Made by a program: the position numbers and the translations under genes. The notes beneath the pieces are model-generated. The model did not search any database, was not told the origin of the DNA, and saw nothing but the letters and a program-made list of their open reading frames with translations. From NCBI RefSeq assembly GCF_000981445.1, contig NC_027216.1, forward strand, positions 1,736,001 to 1,800,000: 64,000 nt of DNA, given 5' to 3'. Source of the stretch: Babesia bigemina (taxonomy: Eukaryota). Of the stretch, positions 1 through 9,902 are shown in pieces (positions within the stretch are counted from its first letter, which is position 1; each line of letters opens with the position of its first letter).

Positions 1-3000
1 CATGGATGAGTCTTCCGAATACGCTACAACAGGCTCCTCAGTGATTAGGCTTTCAACGTCATCGACCGCAGCTATCTCAACGATCTGTCCTGCCGACCCG
101 TCGGCAACGGTTTCGTCGACAGTTTCGTCTACTAGATCCGTAATAGTGTAATGGACGTTTGCCTCTGTAGCGGTAGCATCAGTAACTTGTTGAATGCTTG
201 CACTTTCAACATAGGTACGCGCACTCGCACCTACATCTGGTTCTTCAACGTGTGTCACAACAGCAGAGTCGACTCGTTCAGTAGCAGCGTATGACGCTGT
301 AGTGTCATGAACCACAGGTTCACCAGAAACTGCGTCAACAAATGCATGCTCTATTGGAGCATGCAGGTATGTAACAGCAGCGAGGCCAACAACTCGTTCG
401 ATAGGTTCTGCACCAATAGCTTCATCAATTGTCGGCATCTCTGTAACATCACTTGGGTTCATGCTGAAATTAAAGTCGGACATATCCTCATACACCAAAT
501 CGTCGGGGTAATCTGACAGGTCGCTACCAAGGTTGTCTTCATTTGGAGGGACTCGTGTATCCGCCGAATCCTCACTATCAGAACGACGGACGAGTATAAT
601 CCGACTGATGGCTGCAGCAGCTGATGGAAGCGGCGGCAGCCCAAGCGCAGTGGCAATCGCTACGTCAACTGTACGAGTGACCAGGCTTTCTACATTATGA
701 ACGGCTGCATTTACGGTTCTCCTAACGTTGGCCACGGCGGCATCCACTGTTAATTCAACCAGCGACTCTGCTTGAGCAACTGCGGCGTTCACGCTCCTCT
801 CAACTTGCATTTCCACCTCGTCTATTCTTGGGTCCTCATTCCGTTCCACCCTGGCGCCAACCTCCATCGAAGCGCTTTCCACAGTGTTCTGCACGTTCGC
901 GACGGTGTTCTCAACAATAACCCTCATGTTAAAAACGGTCTGTTCAACGATTCGCTGAACGTTCAACACCGTGCCGTCCACTATATGCTCCACTCCGACC
1001 ATGGCAACTTCCAAGTCCCTCTCGACCGCTGAAACTAGCTGCGTATTGACGGCAGGTGGTTGCGGAAGCTGATATGGCACCATTGCAGAGCTCTCAGGTT
1101 CTGGTTCATCATTGGTGTCAGGACTAACTTCATCATCCGCCGTCGTTTCTAGTGGAGGTGAGGAAGGAGTCTCAATTCTGCCATGCTCCGAATCACTAAC
1201 CATTTCGGGAACCTCTGTTTCAATGACGGTTGGTTCTGAAGATTCTGTCACGTGAATCTCATCCACATTCTCATCTTCATAAGCGCTCTCTGCAAGAGCA
1301 GGCATTGCTTCGTTGATGGCAGGTTCTGTTGAAGACTCCTCGGGAGCATAATGTACAGTCTCGGTTTCATAACCGCTATCTTCAAAGGCAATCTCCTCTG
1401 CAGTGGCAATGCGCTCTGACGAATGTGATACTGGGCTCTCAGCTGATACCTCATTTTCCATATCGCCCTCCGCAGCCACAGTCACTGGTTCGTTGATAGT
1501 GGATTGTGGTGAAGGTTCAATGGGAACATCAGCCGCCATTTCGTCTTCCGAAGCATTATCCACAGCAACACTAACGTCTGCTGTGGCGGTAAGCTCTGGA
1601 GAATGCGTGATAGGGCTCTCATCAGACCTCTCTGTTTCCAAGTAACTCTCCACCTGCTCAGTCACTAGTTCATGAGCAGTAGGCTCTCCTGGTTCTCTCA
1701 CTGGCAATTCTGCTGATCGGTCAGTTTCCAAGTCGCTCTCCACTGGTGCAGTCACAATTTCATGGACAGCTAGTTCTGCTGATTCTGTTACCGGGTTCTC
1801 ATCAGACATCTCATCCTCTGACATGTGATCACTATCAGCCATCGAATCATGGCTACTCTCAACCAGATCGATTAGCTTCCCTTCTACAACCTCAGTGGGT
1901 TCCATTTCAAAATCCGAGTAGTTATCAGACTCAGGAGGCATGGTGACGACCCTTTCCACGAAAGGATCCCATTCGCTATCGGAATCCAACATGTTGTAAG
2001 CATCAACATCTGAAGCCATCCCTGCTGCCGCCTCAGACCCACTGTGCACGTCGCCATCTACCGCACTGGAGGCGCTTGAAGAACTCAGTTTAATCAAAGG
2101 CCCGAAGCTGTCGTATTTGGAGCTTTGCGCATTGTCATTTACCAAATCAGAATCCTTTCCGCTAATTGCATAAGATTCATCATCGCTGGACTTTTCCTCC
2201 CTATCATCTTCATCATCATCAGAATTCTGATCACTAAGAGGGTAGGAGTCGGAATCGCCAGAGCTTCGACGGCTGCCGCGTTCACTGTCAGGGTGCCTTT
2301 TCACCTTATAGGACTCGATATCAAAGGAATTCTGACGACTCCCGTCCTCCTCATCGGAGTCCTTTCTAGGCTCGTAGGCGTCGCTATCAATGGAATTCTG
2401 ACGACTCTTATCCTCCTCATCGGAGTCCTTTCTAGGCTCATAGGCGTCGCTATCAACGGAATTCTGACGACTCTTATCCTCCTCATCACCAGAGTAACGT
2501 GTAACTACGTGGGGTTCGCTATCAATGGAGTATCGACGGTTACGATAATCATCACCAGACTTCCTGCTATCGCCATGGGAATCACTGTCGTCGGAGTGCC
2601 GACGACGTTCATCCTCATCATCATAGCGTCTTCTAGGTTCGTATACTTCGCTATCGTTGGCGTATAGGCGACCACGGTACTCATCCTCAGCGTTCCTCCT
2701 GTCAACATCGGAGTCATCATCGTTGGAGGTATTGCTACTGCTGTGATCGCTGAGCGAACGCTTGGGGTCGGATGGTTCGAAGCGAGGAAAGGGCGTCGGT
2801 TGAGCGGCACGAACTGGCGTGGGAGGGGCCTTTCTAACTGGTGCTGCGGTGGCCTTATCTTTGGAATCGAAGGACGCTGACTTCTTTTTCGCAGAATTGC
2901 GAAGCTCACTCACTTTCTCCGATATTGCGTCAGGCAGCTTAAGGCGTTTGAAATAAGACGCAATGGGTTTCGGCCATTTCACATCCTTACTCCAGGAGGA

Positions 3001-5838
3001 CGAATTCGATTTAGTCGGTCCTCCGGTGTCAGGACGTACCTCCTCAACACGCGTCGCATTATCCATTGTTTTAGATCCTTTCTTACGGAACAAGGAACTG
3101 AAGAAATTCTTCTTGCTTTTGGATGACCCTGATTGGGCCTGTCGCTGATACACAGTATTAGTCCAAAATGGGTCGAATTCTCCATCCTCGTTGTTTCTCG
3201 CTTCGTCTATGGATTGCGATGTGGACCTGCGATGGAAGATATTAGTTATAGAGCCGCACCGCGACTGTATCTGCCTTGAAACTGATCTGGGTGCTGATTG
3301 AGCCGCATTATCTCTGCGCATCACTACGCGCTCGTTGTGGGAGCCATCCTCATAATCAGGTTCAACCAACACAAAGCTTGCTTCCTCCAACTGGGGCGAT
3401 TCAGCATTGGCAATTTCATCCCTTTCATCATCCCGCTTCAGGTCGTTCAAAGGGCCGCCTTCCATAACCTCGTCAGCCTCTTCTTGATCGCCAGTCTCCC
3501 CTACTATTTCGCCACTGAACGCTCGAACGCATTCATTGATATACTTAACCATGTCGCGTTCTGTATCGGTCGGTTTGGTGGTCTCTGCAGGGGGCTCCGC
3601 CGGCTCCGCGGGTGATTCGACGAACTCCTCGCAAGCATCTACGAAAATGTCGTCATCGTCTTCATCGTCATGGGCAGTTGGCACGCCATCCTGTGCAACA
3701 GGCAGAACCTCGTTGCTTTCGTCAACCGTGTCGTTTACGTTCGGGCGATCCAAAGCATCACTTCCATCAGCGTCATCGTTTTGCGGGGTTGGCTTTGAAA
3801 TACCGCCATCTGAATGCGAATCGCTGCCGCCAGTGGGTTTGGCTGGAGCATCACTCTCCGCATCGATAACGTGTATATTATCTTTGGTGATTGTAACATC
3901 ACCTTCTGCATCGTCCTTAGGGGTAGGTTCAACATCCGAAGTGCCGTCATCAACCGTGTTGCGGTCAACAGATTCAACAATTTCCTCGTTAAAGCTGCCT
4001 GACTGTCGTTCTTCGGGATCAACATTGGCATCGGCGGGCGTTCCCGTTTCATCATTGGTGGCCTTTACGTCGGGTTGTGGAGCTTCAGCCATGCATTGCT
4101 CAGCAACGCTTGGCTCAGGTCCAGGCGTTGCAGCAATTGCACTGTTTAATTCTGGCTTGCTGGTATCTTCAGGCGTTGTTGCTGATTCACTGGCTGCGGC
4201 GGGTGCCACTTCGGCCGACTCATTGCCGTCGGCAGGGGGTTCCACTGCATCAATGACATTTGCTGCAGCTTCGGCAACCTCAGTCACAGCAGCAGCTGCT
4301 TCGGTCAACTGCTTGATATCAGCAAGTGCCTTGGCCATCTTGCCTAAATCAGCAAGTACATCGACCATGTCACGGTTACTAGCGGAGCTGCCAGCCGCTG
4401 CACCGCTACTTACGGAGCCTCCAGTTAGCTCCCCGGTAGCACGGTTCGCGTCATTTCCGGTGTTCGCGTCCCCAAAGTCCAGATTGCTGTCCTCACGCTC
4501 TCCCGCTGGGGTTTCGATATCGCTACTCGCCTCACCCTCCTCCGCCGGCGGCAGCGCGAATTTGCAGATGACCCGTTCCTCGTTCAATCTGGTCAATATA
4601 GGCTCTTTGAGGTTCTTGGCGCAGTTCTCGACGTACTCCTTCACGGATGCGGGGTCATACTCCGGGGCCTCCTGCGGCGGCTCGCGCCCCAGCAGACGCA
4701 TTGCGCCTCTCCAGAGACGGCGGCTGGTGTTAACAACATGGTTCTCGATCACCGACACCTGCCGCCAGATGTTGAAGTCTTCGGCGCGTGGTGCCTCGTA
4801 CTCCTCGATGGGCGCACGGCACGTGGGGCAGGTGGAGTGCTGGAACAGCCACGACTTGAGGCACGACATGTGGAACACGTGGCCGCACTCGATCTTCCTC
4901 GAGTCGTCGTCGAAGTCGTCGCGGCAGATGATACAGCTGCCGTCGCGCTCCTTCTCCTCCTCGGTGGGCTTGGGGTAACGCGACTCCAGCGACTTCACCA
5001 CTTTACGGTAGTGCATCAGCATGCTGATGCGATCGGAGAGGTTCTTCAGCACGTTGAGGATGTCAATCAGCATGTACGCCGGCATGTGGTTCGGGTTGTG
5101 GATGTAAAAGACCAGCACGAAAATCGTGAAGCACAGCAGGCTCATCACGTCGTGCATCAGCTCGAGGTAGAAGAGCAGCGTCGTCTTGTTCTTCAAACCG
5201 CTCTCGTAGAAGAAATCGAGCATGTTCACCACGTAGCGCATGAACGAGAACGTGCACACCAGCATCATCGCAACGAGCTCGAACACCACCCAAATGGTGA
5301 AGGTGTTCTTCCAGTTCAGGTCCCGCCAAAGCATGCACAGCAGGCGGCAGTCCACCATCGAGAGCACGTAGATGAACGCGGCGAGCCGCAGCATCGAAAA
5401 GTAGCTCGGGATGTCCATCTGGAAGACGTTAGACAGCCGCACGTACAGCAGGATGTGGAAACACTTGAGTGCAACCAGCAGGACGAGGTACTTGGTCAGC
5501 ATCGTAACCGGAAGTTCGCGGCCGTTAAGGCGCGGCTTGGACAGCAGCAGGAAGAGCACCGCATCCATCAGGTAGTTGCGCGCCGTCTCATGCAGCTGCT
5601 CGTACTCCAGCGCCGTCAGGTGGCCAAGGAACGCATACACCGGCAGGTGGCAAAAAAACGTGAACATCATGAACACATAGTTGTACAGGATGGCCAGGCA
5701 AGTCTTGTTGTTCACGTAGTACATCACGATCTCGTAGAACCCGCTCGTTTGGAGCGATGCGTGGCCTATGGAGCACGCCATCAGCAGATGGCTCACTACC
5801 ACGTAGCGCTCCCACATATCCTCCCTCGTATCCGCCAT
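1..5838 (-). CDS. HRD1: HRD1/synoviolin-type ERAD E3 ubiquitin ligase (multi-TM + RING-H2) with a very long acidic low-complexity C-terminal tail; 3'-incomplete (runs off the window start)
   Basis: ATG at 5838 reads MADTREDMWERYVVVSHLL..., followed by several hydrophobic segments and HRD1-like blocks (FLGHLTALEYEQLHETARNYLMDAVLFL; LKCFHILLYVRL). The RING-H2 is CIICRDDFDDDSRKIECGHVFHMSCLKSWLFQHSTCPTCR. The frame stays open to base 1 (1,946 codons); the ORF track lists nothing in this frame, consistent with no stop. Confidence 0.9.
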   Translation of the reverse strand, partial: MADTREDMWERYVVVSHLLMACSIGHASLQTSGFYEIVMYYVNNKTCLAILYNYVFMMFTFFCHLPVYAFLGHLTALEYEQLHETARNYLMDAVLFLLLSKPRLNGRELPVTMLTKYLVLLVALKCFHILLYVRLSNVFQMDIPSYFSMLRLAAFIYVLSMVDCRLLCMLWRDLNWKNTFTIWVVFELVAMMLVCTFSFMRYVVNMLDFFYESGLKNKTTLLFYLELMHDVMSLLCFTIFVLVFYIHNPNHMPAYMLIDILNVLKNLSDRISMLMHYRKVVKSLESRYPKPTEEEKERDGSCIICRDDFDDDSRKIECGHVFHMSCLKSWLFQHSTCPTCRAPIEEYEAPRAEDFNIWRQVSVIENHVVNTSRRLWRGAMRLLGREPPQEAPEYDPASVKEYVENCAKNLKEPILTRLNEERVICKFALPPAEEGEASSDIETPAGEREDSNLDFGDANTGNDANRATGELTGGSVSSGAAAGSSASNRDMVDVLADLGKMAKALADIKQLTEAAAAVTEVAEAAANVIDAVEPPADGNESAEVAPAAASESATTPEDTSKPELNSAIAATPGPEPSVAEQCMAEAPQPDVKATNDETGTPADANVDPEERQSGSFNEEIVESVDRNTVDDGTSDVEPTPKDDAEGDVTITKDNIHVIDAESDAPAKPTGGSDSHSDGGISKPTPQNDDADGSDALDRPNVNDTVDESNEVLPVAQDGVPTAHDDEDDDDIFVDACEEFVESPAEPAEPPAETTKPTDTERDMVKYINECVRAFSGEIVGETGDQEEADEVMEGGPLNDLKRDDERDEIANAESPQLEEASFVLVEPDYEDGSHNERVVMRRDNAAQSAPRSVSRQIQSRCGSITNIFHRRSTSQSIDEARNNEDGEFDPFWTNTVYQRQAQSGSSKSKKNFFSSLFRKKGSKTMDNATRVEEVRPDTGGPTKSNSSSWSKDVKWPKPIASYFKRLKLPDAISEKVSELRNSAKKKSASFDSKDKATAAPVRKAPPTPVRAAQPTPFPRFEPSDPKRSLSDHSSSNTSNDDDSDVDRRNAEDEYRGRLYANDSEVYEPRRRYDDEDERRRHSDDSDSHGDSRKSGDDYRNRRYSIDSEPHVVTRYSGDEEDKSRQNSVDSDAYEPRKDSDEEDKSRQNSIDSDAYEPRKDSDEEDGSRQNSFDIESYKVKRHPDSERGSRRSSGDSDSYPLSDQNSDDDEDDREEKSSDDESYAISGKDSDLVNDNAQSSKYDSFGPLIKLSSSSASSAVDGDVHSGSEAAAGMASDVDAYNMLDSDSEWDPFVERVVTMPPESDNYSDFEMEPTEVVEGKLIDLVESSHDSMADSDHMSEDEMSDENPVTESAELAVHEIVTAPVESDLETDRSAELPVREPGEPTAHELVTEQVESYLETERSDESPITHSPELTATADVSVAVDNASEDEMAADVPIEPSPQSTINEPVTVAAEGDMENEVSAESPVSHSSERIATAEEIAFEDSGYETETVHYAPEESSTEPAINEAMPALAESAYEDENVDEIHVTESSEPTVIETEVPEMVSDSEHGRIETPSSPPLETTADDEVSPDTNDEPEPESSAMVPYQLPQPPAVNTQLVSAVERDLEVAMVGVEHIVDGTVLNVQRIVEQTVFNMRVIVENTVANVQNTVESASMEVGARVERNEDPRIDEVEMQVERSVNAAVAQAESLVELTVDAAVANVRRTVNAAVHNVESLVTRTVDVAIATALGLPPLPSAAAAISRIILVRRSDSEDSADTRVPPNEDNLGSDLSDYPDDLVYEDMSDFNFSMNPSDVTEMPTIDEAIGAEPIERVVGLAAVTYLHAPIEHAFVDAVSGEPVVHDTTASYAATERVDSAVVTHVEEPDVGASARTYVESASIQQVTDATATEANVHYTITDLVDETVDETVADGSAGQIVEIAAVDDVESLITEEPVVAYSEDSSM
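2326..2488 (-). repeat. 66-bp coding tandem repeat (~2.5 copies, with degenerate copies alongside) encoding DEEDKSRQNSIDSDAYEPRKDS-like 22-mers in the HRD1 tail
   Basis: ggaattctgacgact recurs at 2326, 2392 and 2458 (period 66). Confidence 0.9.
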
Positions 5839-6241
5839 CGCGCCCACACATCCAATCGCGACGAACACACTCGCTAATTATGATCCATAGCGCGGCTTTG
5901 GTGGATTTCCCTAACAACCCCCGCTCCGAGCTCCGGGGTCTCGGCGACGCAACTTCAAGCCGATGGACAGCGTGTCAATTACAGTTAGCACGGCATCAAG
6001 ATGCCGTGAAAGTACATGTGTATGCAAATTAGTTCCCCAGAGTGTCGTGGTTCCGTTTTTCAAACTGAACGCAGCGGTGCCCATGTGTGGGACGCTCGTA
6101 CCGTCGCCAACGTGACGACACGTCTACGCCGTCTATTCCCCGTTATCACGCAAAAACGGTCGGTCTGCCAAATTATGAGGCGTTGGAAAGCGTAGAATGT
6201 CGATGTGACTCCCATGTCTGGATTGGCGCCGTTGGCTCGGG

Positions 6242-7294
6242 ATGATGCTACACACTGCCGTCCTCAGCCGCGCCCTTGCGGAACGATGTCGATGCGTACT
6301 AACGCAGACTCGGACCAAGAAGTACCTGCCGTTCTATGCTAATACTCGGAAGAACCAGGCGAAGAGGGGAAAGCAGCCGAAGTCGGAGCAGCGTAGCGAC
6401 GGCCCGGCGACGGCTGCCGAGGCCGACAACACCAGGCACAACCTGGTCAGCCGGCTGGCCACCCCGGACGAGGCGCTGGAAGTGTTGCGCAGTCTGAGGT
6501 GCGCGGCGATCAACGCGGACGTTGCTGCTGAGCAGTACCGCTTCCGCCTGTGGACAAGGGTCGATGTTAAGCGGACGGCGTTGCGAGGCATGGCCGTGCT
6601 TCCGCACCCAGTGGGACCCAAGCCGCGCGTGGTGGCGATATGCGAAGAGGAGGAGGCCACTTTGGCACTCGAGTGCGGCGCGGCGTACGCCGGACTCGAC
6701 TCCATACTGGAGCGCATAGCCGGCGGCTGGACCAACTTCGACACGTGCGTGACGACGACGATACACATGCCCAAGCTCGTCAAGGTCGCGAGGATACTCG
6801 GGCCCAAGAAGCTCATGCCCAATATGAAGGAGGGTACGCTGTGCAGCAACCTGCTGGAAGCGGTGCGGCGGCTGAGCAGCTCCAATGCCCTCCAGTTCAG
6901 GGCCACGCCCATCGACGACGCCGAATTCGACACCATACAGGCGATGGTGTCGCCACGGAAGAAGCTGGATTTCGAGGTTGATAACGTCGCTGCGCTGGAG
7001 GTGCCCATTGCGCAGGGCGGCGCTACGCCGCAGGTCGTCGTAGAAAACGCGAAGCATTTCGTCGTCGAGGTCATGAAGCAGCGGCCACCGGCAACTGCGA
7101 AGGTGACAACGAACGAATTCAAGTGGCCGCCCGTGCGCAAAACCGTGAACAGCATCCTCGAAGACGCCTTTTCAACCTTGGGAACGACCCACAAGGCTGA
7201 CAACCAGTTCATTGTCGGTGGGGCATTCGGGCTGGCCCGTCAGGGCCAGAGCATGTCAACGCCCATAATCTTCGACACGGGGCTGCTGTTGTAG
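6242..7294 (+). CDS. MRPL1: Bacterial-type ribosomal protein uL1, probably mitochondrial
   Basis: Motifs LRGMAVLPHPVG..RVVAI, GAAYAG...LERIAGGWTNFD and ARILGPKKLMPNMKEGT are typical of L1. The basic N-terminal extension has no hydrophobic signal peptide, which suggests mitochondrial targeting. Confidence 0.85.
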   Translation: MMLHTAVLSRALAERCRCVLTQTRTKKYLPFYANTRKNQAKRGKQPKSEQRSDGPATAAEADNTRHNLVSRLATPDEALEVLRSLRCAAINADVAAEQYRFRLWTRVDVKRTALRGMAVLPHPVGPKPRVVAICEEEEATLALECGAAYAGLDSILERIAGGWTNFDTCVTTTIHMPKLVKVARILGPKKLMPNMKEGTLCSNLLEAVRRLSSSNALQFRATPIDDAEFDTIQAMVSPRKKLDFEVDNVAALEVPIAQGGATPQVVVENAKHFVVEVMKQRPPATAKVTTNEFKWPPVRKTVNSILEDAFSTLGTTHKADNQFIVGGAFGLARQGQSMSTPIIFDTGLLL

Positions 7295-7565
7295 CACTGT
7301 CATAAGCGCTACCAGCTATATGCGGATCCAACTTAGGGATCACCTGGAGGCCGCTCACACGACCACGCCAACCGGGCTCTATAGGCACCGCCACACCATA
7401 CAACACAATCGCAGCGCCACGCAAAGCCGTGCTTAATGCAGTAATCAAATATGAAGTAGAGTATCATGTCATATTAGCGTTGTGTTGCCTTTTATCAGTG
7501 TAACTATGACAATCCTTCATCGTGCAAAGCACTCAAGGTAAGCTTTCATCATCAAAGGCCTCCGC

Positions 7566-7938
7566 TTAGACACGGGTGTACAGACGCTGCTGGTGGTGCT
7601 GGTCGCACACCGGCTTGATCAGGTTCTGCTCCTCCAGGTGCGCGAGGGCCTGACGGGCAAGGCTGCCGTTCACCTTAAGCTTGTCGACGATGGTCGAAAT
7701 CGTGATGAGCTTGGCCTTCGGGATTTCGGTCATCAACCTGTCCACGGTGGCCTTCTCGAAGAACACGGCGTTGTTGACCTTGTCCTTGGTCTTGACCTTC
7801 ACCCACTTCTGCGCGGAAATGTAGCCACGGCACACATCGGCGCGCGCAGAAGGCGCCGACACCTACCTTCCTTTTGCCGCGCGAGGCCATGGCCGCACGC
7901 ATCACGGCCTCCTTCGACTTCTTCTCCTTAACCGCCAT
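7566..7938 (-). CDS. RPS25: 40S ribosomal protein eS25, 2 coding exons (7938-7867, 7808-7566)
   Basis: MAVKEKKSKEAVMRAAMASRGKRK is joined via a GTAGGT...GCAG intron (7866-7809) to KWVKVKTKDKVNNAVFFEKAT...KVNGSLARQALAHL...QRLYTRV. Confidence 0.95.
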
Positions 7939-7945
7939 TTTGTAC

Positions 7946-8035
7946 CTGAACGAAATGTGAGTCCCTCGTAGTGAAACGTGTGGCACGCGCAACGGCCTGC
8001 CAACTTACCAATTGAAACGAGACCGATAAAAAGAG
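7946..8035 (-). promoter_or_regulatory. RPS25 5' UTR with an intron (8008-7946) and an upstream pyrimidine tract CTCTTTTT (possible 5'TOP-like start)
   Basis: On the minus strand: CTCTTTTTATCGG...CAATTG|GTAAGT...TTTCGTTCAG|GTACAAAATG. Confidence 0.55.
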
Positions 8036-8086
8036 TACGCACCACGGACCTAGTGGAGCGTCAACTGTATTTTCCACAGATTTACA

Positions 8087-8213
8087 GTGGGTATGGCTGC
8101 GACGTTGCGCTCAAACCACAGCCGGACGTTACCCGCTTGGTGGGGTCACCGCCTGAGGCCGTGCCCCGGGCTTCGGAGGCAAAAGGTGAGAACAACCGTT
8201 GCCCATACGCCAC
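8087..8213 (+). ncRNA. Candidate structured RNA element (long imperfect stem enclosing two hairpins), family unidentified
   Basis: 8087-8117 pairs with 8185-8213 (about 25 bp with bulges). G-U pairs favour the + strand. Internal hairpins include GCCU-GAGGCC/GGCUUC-AGGC. Confidence 0.25.
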
Positions 8214-9611
8214 AAAAAATTTAATTCGTATATTCTTGGCTACTCTCTGTAACCTATGTGTTCAAGTGGATTTAACCAGCATCGGCGACTGCTAGGGCAT
8301 CACTTCAGATGTGCCTAAGCGTCTACCACCCTTTATTCATCTACACAAGTAGAGGACGAATAAATAAAACGAGTATTTAGTGTGTAGTTTGGTGTACGAT
8401 ATAGGTTGCTGGGACAGCTTTTACTACGTCACGCCGTTGCATAACGTGCTTTTGGTGAGAGGCTGATACTAATACGTGCCCATTACAAAAGTTGTTGTAG
8501 ATTGTATGGAATAACACGGGTTAGTTATGTATTGATAAGTAACAATTGGTTAAATAAGGTTATTATTGTTTTTGTGCGACACATCGTTGTCCACGCACCG
8601 GCACCAGTGACTTCTTCCATTTTTGAGTGTTGAAAAGTTTACTATTGCATATTACAGATAATTAACAAGGGTATTACCGGCGTGTAGGAGTTCTAAAGCT
8701 TGCCAATTATCGCGTTGGCGTTAGTGTGGGCTTACCTCGATGTCTGTATGCTTTTACTTCTCTTAATTACCTACATCGGCTTAAACCTATATGTGTAGCG
8801 TTATGTTTCAATTAGTCAGCCTCTTGGTGACTAAAATTCCATAGCAGTGGTGTGTTATTATGATACATACCCTATACATTTGCTGCTAAGTGATGTTAGA
8901 TGTCTGAGTAGTTGGGTACGCGGCCAATGACTGTGTGATGGTACCACAAATTTTATTCTATCATGATCAATATAATGAGATTGCTAAATTATATGAAGCA
9001 AATGCCACATCGACGCGTTATAACTGCTCTTCCACGATTTGACGCCTTATGTAACTGGTATTGCGACATATCTGTGCACTAAAATTGCCCTTCGAACACG
9101 CTCAATCATGGCACTACCTTACGCTCAAAATGCGTAATGTGTTTATCATATACCGCTTGGTGCAGAAAACGATAACGCACTATTAAAAACGTCCTGATGT
9201 TTTAGGTGCTATATTTGAATGACTAGAGTTATATGCGAATGGCTATAAAACCGTGTGTAAAAGCAATACTACATAAGTTAAAAACGTAAGCGTGATACGA
9301 TTTTTTAAGATTGTGGCGCAGTCAGTGGACAACCATGTAGTTGCCGAAAAAATCAAATCTGAATCCGGATTTCATGATTCACGCATATACCTTCAGTTAT
9401 TGCATTTCAATTACAGTAGCGCTATATAAATTTCATGCAGTTGTGAGACTTTAGGGCAATGGAGCCTTCGAAATGCTAGTAAATTGCCTGAAATGGTGAA
9501 AGATTATGCTTAAGAGGCTTATTATTAAACATGAAACGATGAAGTACCATAATACATTAAAATTACATAGTTATAGCGATAATACTATTACAAGTGTAAT
9601 TTGGAAAACTA

Positions 9612-9902
9612 TTACGCGTCTTTTGGTGGAAACTTCTCGTAAGGGTCGTATATATCCGGGATACGATTGAAGTAGTCGTTGAGTTTGTGGAATGGCCATA
9701 TACGCTTGTCTTTCATGTAGTAGACGACGCAAAGGATGATGGCAATAAGAAACAGAATCCCGAAAATTATGGCAAGTCCTTTACGTCTATGTGCGCAACA
9801 ATTGCATTTACAGCTGAAACAGCTTTTGCAATACTCGCAATTCGGTTTACAGCAATTGCCGTCCCCTTCGCCGCATTTACATGTACTCCCGCAACTTGCC
9901 AT
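9612..9902 (-). CDS. Small Cys-rich single-pass membrane protein (96 aa)
   Basis: AAAATG start; 12 Cys in the first 36 aa (MASCGSTCKCGEGDGNCCKPNCEYCKSCFSCKCNCC), then RRK, TM segment GLAIIFGILFLIAIILCVVYYM and a short Tyr/Pro tail. Confidence 0.75.
   Translation of the reverse strand: MASCGSTCKCGEGDGNCCKPNCEYCKSCFSCKCNCCAHRRKGLAIIFGILFLIAIILCVVYYMKDKRIWPFHKLNDYFNRIPDIYDPYEKFPPKDA

Noticed and set aside
3536..5877. Long + strand ORFs (480 aa Ser-rich; 379 aa) and the 180-aa hydrophobic ORF at 2125-2667
   Set aside because: Antisense shadows of the HRD1 frame; their composition follows from reverse-complemented acidic or hydrophobic codons.
6299..7212. Two long minus-strand ORFs overlapping uL1
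   Set aside because: GC-rich antisense shadows with no recognisable motifs.
7978..8295. 105-aa + ORF over the structured element
   Set aside because: GTG start, overlaps the RPS25 5' UTR, and has no protein-like features.
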